From positions 32,001 to 96,000 of IMG/VR virus record IMGVR_UViG_3300027733_000034: a stretch of 64,000 nt of DNA; one strand, 5' to 3'. Made by a program: the position numbers and the translations under genes. The notes under the pieces are model-generated. The model made no database searches, had not been told where the DNA came from, and saw nothing but the letters and a program-made list of their open reading frames with translations. This DNA comes from a virus. The number at the start of each line of letters is the position of its first letter. Positions within the stretch are counted from its first letter, which is position 1. This document shows positions 27,185-36,880 of this stretch, in pieces.

Positions 27185-28399
27185 TTATATAATCTCATAC
27201 TGATTATTGTTTTGATAATCTTGTAGGAAAAGTTCAATATGTTTAAGTTTAGTTTTGGCGTCTAATGGAGGTGCTATAAAGTGTATAAGACAAGTGTTTT
27301 CTGTAATATTATAGACCGTAACATTTGTAGTATTTATAATACTCATATGATTTTGTAATATAGTGTCATCTGTTATATATGATTTGCAGAAATAATAACA
27401 CATAAAAGATTGCTCAAAAAAGTATTCACCGGTCCATCTTTCCATAAACCAGCAAACATTATTAAAATGGGCTCTCATGCGATCTGAGTTTCTAAATAGG
27501 AATTGACCAGCATTAAAGGGCATTTGTTTTGCCATTTGCATTTCATTTACATGAGATTGGTCTAGAAATTCAAAACCATGATGAAAGGTTTTGTGATGCC
27601 AAAAAGCTAAATTTGAGTTTCTTGCAGTGTATAAAGTGTCGTGGTTGATATTTTGATTTAGAATTGTGTTTATATCTCCAAGACATATTACGTCACAGTC
27701 TAGAAACAACACCTTATCATATTCTTCAATATTCTCATACTCAAACACCCTAACTTTGTTTTGAGAGGCCACTACACCATCAAAAGGAGTTTCTGTTATG
27801 TAAAACTTAGGAGTTATCTTTTTTACAAACGACTGCTTGAGAATCAATTCTTTGGTGTTTTTATCAGTTATTAGCAACAAATCAAAGTTAGCTTTACTAT
27901 AATTGAGTATTGATTCTATAGATTTGTTCAATAACTCAACATAACCTGTATTGAAATAAATAGTGTAATATACTAGATTTTTTGTACCCTTGCTGTCTAT
28001 GGGCTGCATAGTGGCTTCTATAATTTTTAAATCAATTTCTGACAAACACTTTAATCTTCCTTCGTTTGTGTCTTCATAAAAATCAGATACTTTATATCTG
28101 ACACAAGACTGAACCGCTGCAGCCGTTTTTGACCTGTATATAGCGCCAGTTTTGTTGGTGAACTTGAAAATTTCTGTGGTTTTATTTTTATAAATTATTC
28201 GGTATTGAATCTTTGCACAATTTTCAAAAACATTATTATGCAGGTCTACAAAATCAACTGCAGCTATATGTTGTAGAGTTATATCAGAGCCAACAAATGC
28301 CGAAGTGTTGCCTTCTGCATCTACTGTTGCAGTTTCTAGAAACACGGTTTCTAATATATCAACATTTAATTTTAATTTTTCAGGTATTGATATTTTCAT
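27185..28399 (-). CDS. glycosyltransferase, GT8/GT-A fold, with extra N-terminal domain
   Basis: YDKVLFLDCDVI (DxD), FNAGQFL, FEQSFM, LIHF; TAAATA 6 nt upstream. Confidence 0.8.
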   Translation of the reverse strand: MKISIPEKLKLNVDILETVFLETATVDAEGNTSAFVGSDITLQHIAAVDFVDLHNNVFENCAKIQYRIIYKNKTTEIFKFTNKTGAIYRSKTAAAVQSCVRYKVSDFYEDTNEGRLKCLSEIDLKIIEATMQPIDSKGTKNLVYYTIYFNTGYVELLNKSIESILNYSKANFDLLLITDKNTKELILKQSFVKKITPKFYITETPFDGVVASQNKVRVFEYENIEEYDKVLFLDCDVICLGDINTILNQNINHDTLYTARNSNLAFWHHKTFHHGFEFLDQSHVNEMQMAKQMPFNAGQFLFRNSDRMRAHFNNVCWFMERWTGEYFFEQSFMCYYFCKSYITDDTILQNHMSIINTTNVTVYNITENTCLIHFIAPPLDAKTKLKHIELFLQDYQNNNQYEII

Positions 28400-28411
28400 T
28401 AATTTTATTTA

Positions 28412-30553
28412 TTAATCTGTGTAGCCGTCACAAACAGCTGACCCATTAATTACGCCACTACCGTTTACTAACCATTTTGTGTTACTATTAGTCGGTAAAA
28501 ATGACCCTTCAGTATAAGCATTATTCAGGTTGGTATTGGTATACAATTCTACTCCAATTGCTAACATAGAGGAAGGGGTATATACGGCTTTGGTTGTAGA
28601 ATCATTACAACGTAAACTTCCATCCCACTGATACACTATAGTAACAACACCGGAGCCATTAGTGGTGATATGACGTATTTGGGGAGCATTTCCTTGTGTA
28701 AAATATGTATTGTTAACTGTTTCGTTAGCATTTTGATATGCGTAGAGAATGCTACCATCTACTAGTGTTGCATCATCAGACCAATATGCATCATGTTGAT
28801 ATGGGTGGTTGATGGCTGTTATAGTAACAGAGCCGGATCCGTTTGTACTTGTTGCAAATCCACTAATTTCTTCAAAACCCACATTATTAGCGGTCTCGTT
28901 GGTGTGTTGTCCGGTGTAAAGAATACTACCATTTACTAATGTTGGATCATCAGACCAATATGCATCATGTTGATATGGGTGATTGCTTGGTACTGTAGGT
29001 GCTGCCGTGGCGCCAAAGTTTAACAACAATTGAGTGCCCGTTACAAGTGTGGGTAATGATGTCGGAACTGAGAAGTTGCTTGTATAGACCGCTGTACCAA
29101 GCACCAAACGAACACCAACTAAACGACCAGATAATACTTCTGCAGTATGATGCTTTGCGGTACCAATATAGATATCAGAAAAATCCAATTCGTCTGTGGA
29201 TGCAACACTAGCTATAGAGATGCTATTGACATACACACTAAACGTGCCTGAAGATCTAACCAACGCTATATGATTCCAAACATTTTGATTCAAATAACTG
29301 TTGTCGCCGCTTAGAACAATATTATTGTGTATATACAGATTATCCCACGTGCCATTACTACTAACTCTTAATAGTATACCGTTTATATAATCTCCTAGTG
29401 AAGTAATGGCTCTATATGTTTCATTTGCTCCTGGTTTAACAAATGTTTCAAATGTAAAGTCACCAGATACAGTGCTTAAGGTTGCGTCAGTTAAGTTTAA
29501 ATATCCGCCAGAGAAATCTGCAGCTTTAACTCCATTGCCTTCATCATGCTGAGTTACAGAACCATGAGGAGATACAATGTGTCTATAAATTGAGGAATCT
29601 AATAACCAATCAGTATTGATGCCGTTAACAAAATGCAGTTCTCCAAAGGATGTAGAATATCCATTAGGTGAACTGTAACCATCATATTGTAATGTAAATA
29701 TGGTATAACTAAGAGAACCAGTATATGGAGTACCTTCTGTATAAAATTTACCGTCTCCGTGTATTGTATAACTATATGGCGTAATATTGTAACTTCCGTC
29801 TATTGTAGAGTCTAAAAAGACATCATTCAACACTGGAGCAGTTGTAGCACCAAAATTTGATAATAATACAGTTCCGTTAATGGCAGTTGGTAGAGTTGTC
29901 GGGACTGAAAAGTCACTAGTATATAAAGCAGACCCGATAACTTTACGAAAACCTGTAATATACCCAGAACGACAATCATAATATGGAGCGTTTGCACCCA
30001 AGACATAAGCTTGTAAGGTACTTGTAAAACTCACACCAGTGGTTCCAATCTTAGACCCGTCTATGAATAAAGACAACTGTCCAGAGGCATAAACAACTGC
30101 TATGTGATGCCAATTAGTGTCTCCCATGGGTATAACAGAAGTCAATAATGGAGAGTGAAAGAAAAATCCAACACCCACTTTTATGGTAGAATCATAGTTT
30201 CTAATCACATGCAATCCTTGATATTCTAAAGAAAATCCCGGATTCAATGGTGTAGCATATTTTTGATGAAAAAATGTATATCCATAATTAAAGGTGTCAA
30301 AGGCTGCGCCACATTTTACAAAAAATTCTATAGTAAAATTATCTGAACCGAGTACTTCTTGTGTTACATAATCTAATCTACCAGTCTGTATATTGGCGGC
30401 TTTGACACCATTTCCTTCTATATATTGAGTCACAGATCCGTTGAGTGTTACTTTGTGGTGTAAAGTTGATGTGTCTCTATACCAAAGTAAATTTTTATTA
30501 CCAAATCCACCAGCTTTACTGGATCCAGCTGCAGATGTACACATTAATGGCAT
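28412..30553 (-). CDS. virion protein with two LamG/concanavalin-like domains
   Basis: FTIEFFV..WHHIAV..LFIDG and FTFETFV..WNHIAL..VYVN; YTSxFSVPTxLP after each; duplicated HPYQHDAYWSDD. Confidence 0.8.
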   Translation of the reverse strand: MPLMCTSAAGSSKAGGFGNKNLLWYRDTSTLHHKVTLNGSVTQYIEGNGVKAANIQTGRLDYVTQEVLGSDNFTIEFFVKCGAAFDTFNYGYTFFHQKYATPLNPGFSLEYQGLHVIRNYDSTIKVGVGFFFHSPLLTSVIPMGDTNWHHIAVVYASGQLSLFIDGSKIGTTGVSFTSTLQAYVLGANAPYYDCRSGYITGFRKVIGSALYTSDFSVPTTLPTAINGTVLLSNFGATTAPVLNDVFLDSTIDGSYNITPYSYTIHGDGKFYTEGTPYTGSLSYTIFTLQYDGYSSPNGYSTSFGELHFVNGINTDWLLDSSIYRHIVSPHGSVTQHDEGNGVKAADFSGGYLNLTDATLSTVSGDFTFETFVKPGANETYRAITSLGDYINGILLRVSSNGTWDNLYIHNNIVLSGDNSYLNQNVWNHIALVRSSGTFSVYVNSISIASVASTDELDFSDIYIGTAKHHTAEVLSGRLVGVRLVLGTAVYTSNFSVPTSLPTLVTGTQLLLNFGATAAPTVPSNHPYQHDAYWSDDPTLVNGSILYTGQHTNETANNVGFEEISGFATSTNGSGSVTITAINHPYQHDAYWSDDATLVDGSILYAYQNANETVNNTYFTQGNAPQIRHITTNGSGVVTIVYQWDGSLRCNDSTTKAVYTPSSMLAIGVELYTNTNLNNAYTEGSFLPTNSNTKWLVNGSGVINGSAVCDGYTD

Positions 30554-30556
30554 ATA

Positions 30557-31102
30557 TTAAAAAGATATATTATAATTAGGAGAAGAAAATTGGGTCTGAG
30601 AAGCAAATATTTTAAAAACATTATTAGCAGTTTTAATTATTTGATACAAATATACATCAGAAGAATCTATATTACCAAAAGATGGAGGAGATTGTTGCCA
30701 AAATATTTGATTAGTGTTTATACTGTCTATAGATACGGCAGAACAATATCGAGCTATAGTTCCTTGTGGTGCCATGTGCTCTATGGTAAATGAATCTCCA
30801 GTTGATAGTAGAGAATTTAAAGAAGTGCTAACATTACCCCTAATATTTAATTTCCAATTTCCACTAGCGGAAACACTATGCATCAATATGCCTTGATTAA
30901 TAGCATCAAAATTAATAGTTCCACTAGGAACTGTGTTGCTAATAGTAATTTGTTCTCTTAAAGACTTAATTGTTGCTAAGGTTGGTACTGTAATATTTGT
31001 TATACTACTTCCATCTCCGTAATAACTTTGAGCAGAAAGGTTACTTGTTACCGTAACCGTATTATTGAAAATTTGAGGCTGAGAATGAATTTGTATGCTC
31101 AT
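30557..31102 (-). CDS. fibre-associated virion protein
   Basis: YYGDGS shaft motif; ASGNWKLNIRG...PSFGNIDSSDVYLYQIIKT domain commonly paired with an MPL...GF-starting downstream gene. Confidence 0.6.
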   Translation of the reverse strand: MSIQIHSQPQIFNNTVTVTSNLSAQSYYGDGSSITNITVPTLATIKSLREQITISNTVPSGTINFDAINQGILMHSVSASGNWKLNIRGNVSTSLNSLLSTGDSFTIEHMAPQGTIARYCSAVSIDSINTNQIFWQQSPPSFGNIDSSDVYLYQIIKTANNVFKIFASQTQFSSPNYNISF

Positions 31103-31113
31103 ATATAATATTA

Positions 31114-34100
31114 TTAACCTTCCCAGAGACGGATATATTTTTGGGCTCCATTAATTACTAAAGATATAAAGTCTCCTGTAGCAGTCATGGGTGTAGTTTT
31201 GGAAACTATATTTACAATATTTAAATTGCTGTTATAATTAGCAAATTTAAAATAATATACTCCAATACTAGCATTAAGAGGAGGAGTTGATGTAAAATTT
31301 AAAGAGCCACTATTTGCAACAGTTATAGTATAGTCTATTCCAGGTCTTTGAACCACACCCCCCAAAGATACCAGGTAATTGGTTGCAGAGGTACCACTAT
31401 AAGAAGAGCTAACACTAAATTGGTAAGCGGATCCATTGCCAACAAAACTTAAAAAGTCCGGAGAAGGTATTCCAAACGAACCATACAAATATTCATACAC
31501 CACAACACTTCCATCTAAACCTCCTATTTGAGGAGGAGGTGTGGTGAATTGAATAGTTCTGCCATTTGTATTGTTGATTGTAAAGTCTGTACCAGGTTTT
31601 TGTATAATACCATTTACAAACACAAAATAACGAGTGTTTTCTAGATTATAGGTACTGGCCAACATACTAAGATTGAAGGAAGAAACCACTCCATTACTAG
31701 AAAATATTTGGATATTGGGTCTTAAAGAATAATTTTCACTATAGTTATAAGCAAATATATCAACCTTTGAACTCAATGGAACTGTAGAGGTTGTTACCAA
31801 ACCATATACTTGATCTATTGTATAATTAACTGTTGGTTTTTGATGAATACCATCTATAAAAACGATATAATCATTGGCATATGTTCCTACAAAGGCATTT
31901 CCTGGAAGAGCAAAAGTTGTGGTGGAATTGTTAGAAACTGTATATGTAATAAAACTAGGTGCTTTATATGGATATAGAGTTGTAGAAAATCCTTGATCTA
32001 CGCTACCAGCTTTAAGAAATATGGCTCCGATATCCGTACCAGCACTTAATATTTGAGTACTAGCATTAATTACTGGAGAATTTATAGAATTGGTATTAAT
32101 AACATAGTTAGAATATATGGTCGGACTTATTAAATTAGAACGACTTGTTATGTTATTGCTAGTAAGATTATAATTAACAGTTATATAATCTATAGAGGCA
32201 CTCGGTGATTTAAATGCTGTAGAAGCATTTATAGTATTGCCTATTAAATTGTTGTTAACATATACATTTGAAAATTGTCCACTTGTAATAGTTACATTAG
32301 TAAGAGTTGCGCTGGGAGAAGAAAATTGAGTAGAAGCTAAAATGGTATTTCCATATATAGTATTATCTACACTTAAATTGTCGATGGAAGCACTAGTTGC
32401 TCTTAAAAGGGTACAAACTTTTAATGTATCATCAATAGTTGCACATATAATTGAAGCACTTGGGGACTTAAATACAGTAGAAGCACAAACTGTATTGCCG
32501 TGTAATACAGAGTCAATCGAGGCATTTCCTATAGAAGCACTAGCGGCTCTAAGGAGAGTACAAACCTTAAGGGTGTCGTCTATAACAGCACATACAATAG
32601 AAGCACTGGGAGACTTAAATACAGTAGAAGCACATACTGTGTTGCCATATAATGTATTATCCACAGTTGTATTGCCTATGGAAGCACTAGCTGCTCTAAG
32701 GAGAGTACAAACCTTTAATGTATCATCAATAGTTGCACAGACAATTGAAGCACTCGGAGACTTAAATACAGTAGAGGCACAAACATTATTGCCGTATAAA
32801 ACATTTTCTACAACCGTATCTGTGGTATAAGCACTAGGAGCGGATACAAAAGAGCTGATTCTCACCGCACTATTGGCGGTTATATTGGTTATAACGGCAC
32901 TCGGAGACTTAAATACAGTAGAGGCACAAACATTATTGCCGTATAAAACATTTTCTACAACCGTATCTGTGGTATAAGCACTAGGAGCAGATACAAAAGA
33001 GCTGATTCTCACCGCACTATTGGCGGTTATATTGGTTATAACTGCACTTGGAGATTTAAATACAGTAGAGGCACAAACATTATTGCCGTATAAAACATTT
33101 TCTACAACCGTATCTGTAAAATAACTGCTAGGAGCTGATACAAAAGAGCTGATTCTAACAGCACTATTAGCGGTTATATTGGTTATAACTGCACTCGGGG
33201 ATTTAAATACAGTAGAGGCACAAACATTATTGCCGTATAAAACATTTTCTACTACTGTGTCTATGGTATACGCACTAGGAGCTGATACAAAAGAACCAAT
33301 CCTTACAGCACTATTAGCAGTTATATTGGTTATAACGGCACTCGGAGACTTAAATACAGTAGAAGCGCAAACATTATTGCCGTATAAAACATTTTCTACA
33401 ACCGTATCTGTGGTATAAGCACTAGGGGCAGATACAAACGAGGCAATTCTCACCGCACTATTAGCGGTTATATTGGTTATAACTGCACTCGGAGAAGATA
33501 CCAAAGTTCTTCCACATACATTAAAACTAGTAACGTCTTGAATAGCAGATAAATTGTTGACGTATGTATAATTTGAACAAACTGCTATTATACCACTTCC
33601 TAAAATGTGAGAGTTGTCTACATTAATGGATGTATTATTTGACCCCCCAGCAATGAAAGAATTGTTTGATTTAAGGGTGTTATTTGAACCACCATTAATA
33701 GAAGAATTATCCGCAACAATTATATTATTATAACCACCATTAATAGAAGAATGTTTACTATTTAATATAGAGCCACTATAGCCGCCAAGAATAGAAGAAT
33801 AATCACTTTCAGACAATAAACCACTTGCACCTGCTACAATGGTGGAGTTGTTAGAAGAAAAAACAGAATTTTTAACACCTCCTACAACCGAAGATCCACT
33901 GGCACTGATTACATTGCTACATCCCCCGGCAATCAAAGAATAATCTCCACTTAATACAGAACTACTAAATCCACCGACGATGGAAGAAAAATTAGATTTT
34001 ACAATATTGCGTCCTCCACCAGCAATAAAATCATTGAGGCCGGAAATGTTGTTACAATAACCTCCTACAATAGAAGATCTCTCTCCACTAATTGTATTGC

Positions 34101-35328
34101 AAAATCCTCCATCTATAACGGTAAGAGTATTGCTAGAAAAATTACTTTGGCCTCCTCCTATAAATGATAAACAATTTGCAACACAATTGTTATATCCTCC
34201 AGCTATAATGGAGTGGTCATAAACTACTTTATTTAATTCTCCTCCAAGGATTGAAGCATAATTTCCAGATAAAGAATTAGTTTTACCTCCCACTATAGAA
34301 GCAAAATCACCACTAGCGACATTACATCCACCAGCACCCACAGAAGTAAACTCTCCAGAAACATTATTACAACATCCACCGGCAATAGAAGATCCACTAG
34401 CACTAATTACATTACTGTATCCCCCCAAGATAGAACTGATTTCTCCATTTACAAAATTATCTTCACCCCCAACTATAGAAGCACAATTTTGATTAGTGGT
34501 GTTATTTACTCCAGCACCTATAAAGTTATGATTTGCATTAGTTCTATTTAGGTTACCTCCAACAATTGACGCATAAGAGGAATTAACTATGTTATAAGAG
34601 CCTGCATTCACTGAAGAATGGGCTCCGTCTATTTGATTGCAAGTACCGGATCCTATAAAATTGTGATCTCCGCAAGCTATATTATTACTTCCGCCTACAA
34701 TAGTGGAGTATGGACTATCTACTATTCCACTATAGCCTCCTACAATGGAAGAATAATTAGATTTTACTAAATTACCTTCTCCTCCACCAATAAAACTTTT
34801 ACAAGCACCTATTCGGTTACCTTCTCCACCAACAATAGAAGATTTGGGTAAGGTAACTTTATTAAATGCACCAGCTCCAATGAAGTCGTATATGCCAGTA
34901 GAACAATTATAAGCACCGGCAACAATAGCCGATGCACAAGCATCTACAGAATTGTGTTCGCCACCCCCAACAACAGATAAATCATCCCCTACGTAATTAC
35001 AATTACCAGAACCGATAGTGGATCCACCACTGTCTCCAGCAGCATTAATATGATTACTCAAACCACTGGCTATATTAGAATATTTAGAAAGAGTGATGGT
35101 GTTGTTATAACTTTGGCCAACCAAGGGATTAGATGGTACAATATTACACTGATTATCTAGTCTGTATGCGGATCTGTCTGTTATATAGTTTAATACAACA
35201 CACGCAGAGACAGCTTGTGTGCTTGCTTGAGTGGAGAGATTAGTAGCAGCTAATAGTAAATCACTGTTAACTAAGTGATCTGCTCTACATAGGTCTGTGA
35301 TCCGAATGTCTTCGCATGTGATGGCCAT
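31114..35328 (-). CDS. long trimeric fibre (YadA-head-like 14-aa repeats, 49-aa repeats, C-terminal GxxQxP domains)
   Basis: Many SSIVGGxxN units; VFIDGIHQKP, VFVNGIIQKP, VSLGGVVQRP; terminal YIRLW. Confidence 0.8.
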   Translation of the reverse strand: MAITCEDIRITDLCRADHLVNSDLLLAATNLSTQASTQAVSACVVLNYITDRSAYRLDNQCNIVPSNPLVGQSYNNTITLSKYSNIASGLSNHINAAGDSGGSTIGSGNCNYVGDDLSVVGGGEHNSVDACASAIVAGAYNCSTGIYDFIGAGAFNKVTLPKSSIVGGEGNRIGACKSFIGGGEGNLVKSNYSSIVGGYSGIVDSPYSTIVGGSNNIACGDHNFIGSGTCNQIDGAHSSVNAGSYNIVNSSYASIVGGNLNRTNANHNFIGAGVNNTTNQNCASIVGGEDNFVNGEISSILGGYSNVISASGSSIAGGCCNNVSGEFTSVGAGGCNVASGDFASIVGGKTNSLSGNYASILGGELNKVVYDHSIIAGGYNNCVANCLSFIGGGQSNFSSNTLTVIDGGFCNTISGERSSIVGGYCNNISGLNDFIAGGGRNIVKSNFSSIVGGFSSSVLSGDYSLIAGGCSNVISASGSSVVGGVKNSVFSSNNSTIVAGASGLLSESDYSSILGGYSGSILNSKHSSINGGYNNIIVADNSSINGGSNNTLKSNNSFIAGGSNNTSINVDNSHILGSGIIAVCSNYTYVNNLSAIQDVTSFNVCGRTLVSSPSAVITNITANSAVRIASFVSAPSAYTTDTVVENVLYGNNVCASTVFKSPSAVITNITANSAVRIGSFVSAPSAYTIDTVVENVLYGNNVCASTVFKSPSAVITNITANSAVRISSFVSAPSSYFTDTVVENVLYGNNVCASTVFKSPSAVITNITANSAVRISSFVSAPSAYTTDTVVENVLYGNNVCASTVFKSPSAVITNITANSAVRISSFVSAPSAYTTDTVVENVLYGNNVCASTVFKSPSASIVCATIDDTLKVCTLLRAASASIGNTTVDNTLYGNTVCASTVFKSPSASIVCAVIDDTLKVCTLLRAASASIGNASIDSVLHGNTVCASTVFKSPSASIICATIDDTLKVCTLLRATSASIDNLSVDNTIYGNTILASTQFSSPSATLTNVTITSGQFSNVYVNNNLIGNTINASTAFKSPSASIDYITVNYNLTSNNITSRSNLISPTIYSNYVINTNSINSPVINASTQILSAGTDIGAIFLKAGSVDQGFSTTLYPYKAPSFITYTVSNNSTTTFALPGNAFVGTYANDYIVFIDGIHQKPTVNYTIDQVYGLVTTSTVPLSSKVDIFAYNYSENYSLRPNIQIFSSNGVVSSFNLSMLASTYNLENTRYFVFVNGIIQKPGTDFTINNTNGRTIQFTTPPPQIGGLDGSVVVYEYLYGSFGIPSPDFLSFVGNGSAYQFSVSSSYSGTSATNYLVSLGGVVQRPGIDYTITVANSGSLNFTSTPPLNASIGVYYFKFANYNSNLNIVNIVSKTTPMTATGDFISLVINGAQKYIRLWEG
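32320..33500. repeat. in-frame tandem repeat, 8 x 147 bp (49 aa), two subtypes
   Basis: AAATACAGTAGA at 32470, 32617, 32764, 32911, 33058, 33205, 33352 (exact 147-bp period). Confidence 0.92.
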
Positions 35329-35339
35329 CTTGTTTATAC

Positions 35340-36200
35340 TTATTCTATAACCAGCAAATATTTCTTAAAATCAGACGAGAGAACTTGTATAGCTTTGTCG
35401 TTTTTTGTAAATTGGGGGTCTACGGTAAGAATATGAATTGGATATATGAGTCCAGGAAAGAATGGCCTGGTGATGGTATTTTCCAGATCTACTTTAAAAA
35501 ATGGTATGTGACCGTTTACTTCTGTGATAACAAAATCATCATAATATTTTGAATCTCCGGATTTAAAATTAATACTAATTATACCAGTTTGTCTTGGTAT
35601 ATTTTTAATTAAAAAAGAAATATTAAAATGTTTTGTAGAAGAATTAAAAGTCAAACAAGGATCTTCTAAAGCATAATTGTAGGTACTCCAATCGGTGCCT
35701 GGTTCTTTTAATATAAGCACTAGTTGGTCCAATAAAACTGTTTTTGTATCATTGGTATTACAATCAAAAATTTTTACATGAATGTTGAGATAAAAACGAG
35801 AACTAAAATTAATATTAAGAGCTGATGGTGTTAAAATTACGTGATATATTAAGTTATTAACATCATCAAACCAGTACCCAGGTCGAGTGTTAAACGCAGC
35901 ATATCCAGGTACTTGGCCAGAGTGGGGAGTAAACTGGCTGTAACGATTAAAAGATTGTATAGAATTGTTTTCTATCACAATTTTTTCAAAAAAACAACCA
36001 CTTTCTGTTTCCACAAAAAGACAATCATAAAAAGTATCAAATCTCCTAATAGAATTAGAAGTTAATTCACTATAAAAAGAAGAATATTGAGAATATTTTA
36101 CATATACTCCAGATAATACATTATTTGCAGTGTCTTTGGCTCCGTTTGGAGATCTTAACCACAATTCTCCTGGAAGATTGGCTTGTTCTACAAAATTCAT
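35340..36200 (-). CDS. hypothetical structural protein
   Basis: 286-aa ORF in the baseplate cluster, ATGA overlap with the upstream gene. Confidence 0.6.
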   Translation of the reverse strand: MNFVEQANLPGELWLRSPNGAKDTANNVLSGVYVKYSQYSSFYSELTSNSIRRFDTFYDCLFVETESGCFFEKIVIENNSIQSFNRYSQFTPHSGQVPGYAAFNTRPGYWFDDVNNLIYHVILTPSALNINFSSRFYLNIHVKIFDCNTNDTKTVLLDQLVLILKEPGTDWSTYNYALEDPCLTFNSSTKHFNISFLIKNIPRQTGIISINFKSGDSKYYDDFVITEVNGHIPFFKVDLENTITRPFFPGLIYPIHILTVDPQFTKNDKAIQVLSSDFKKYLLVIE

Positions 36201-36871
36201 ACAATATTTACAGATTGATCTAAATTATTTTGTGTGTCAAAGGCTGGTATAACTTTAACAATTGATCTGGGAGTGGATATTAATTGTTGTCGAAGAGTTG
36301 GAATATTATTATTCTTCCATTTTACCAAAACCGGACTCAAATAAGATGGTTCAAATGTTTGAAAATTGTAAATAATTGAGTCATCTATTCCGAACATTTT
36401 AGTAGAGACTAAATGAACGTCTTCAAAAAATTTAGCACTTATTTCTGTTGGATTACTAGCTAAAATAGCTGTGTTTAAATTTAAAAATATATTATATATT
36501 TGAAAACTATCTTGTCTGAGTGCGGGGTCTTGAGTCCATACACATTTTACAGAAATGTTAATAGAAGTTTTATTACCATCTTTTATATTAAAAAGATGTT
36601 TTATAGGATAATTTCGAGGATCACCCAAATCTTCAGATATGGGTGCAGAAGAATCAGCAGTTTTTGTTGTAAAAAACATTTTTTGAATATGGGGTGGAGT
36701 TTCGTCACCAAAATCATATTCAATTCTGATTAATTTTTTACCACTATCACTATTTTTAGAAGAGTATAAAAGAGACGGGTCTATAGTAAGCATTAACGGA
36801 CTTACTCCTTCTATAGTTATACCACTAGAAGATAAAGATTCTAATAAAGTTACAGAAGATTCAAAAAACAT
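36197..36871 (-). CDS. hypothetical structural protein with PKD-like motif
   Basis: SPLMLTIDPS...IRIEYDFGDE...IKHLF. Confidence 0.6.
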   Translation of the reverse strand: MFFESSVTLLESLSSSGITIEGVSPLMLTIDPSLLYSSKNSDSGKKLIRIEYDFGDETPPHIQKMFFTTKTADSSAPISEDLGDPRNYPIKHLFNIKDGNKTSINISVKCVWTQDPALRQDSFQIYNIFLNLNTAILASNPTEISAKFFEDVHLVSTKMFGIDDSIIYNFQTFEPSYLSPVLVKWKNNNIPTLRQQLISTPRSIVKVIPAFDTQNNLDQSVNIV

Positions 36872-36880
36872 AAATTATTT

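Noticed and set aside
27108-27190. Readthrough or frameshift joining GT8 to the 21-aa ORF or the sulfotransferase
   Set aside because: Another in-frame stop follows shortly after the GT8 TAA and no convincing slippery site was seen
32342-33418. Repetitive plus-strand ORFs (32342-32830, 33179-33418)
   Set aside because: Antisense shadows of the 147-bp repeat array
20391-33500. Possible diversity-generating retroelement (TR/VR pair)
   Set aside because: No reverse transcriptase in the window, no non-coding template copy, and differences between repeats are not adenine-specific; a DGR elsewhere in the genome cannot be excluded
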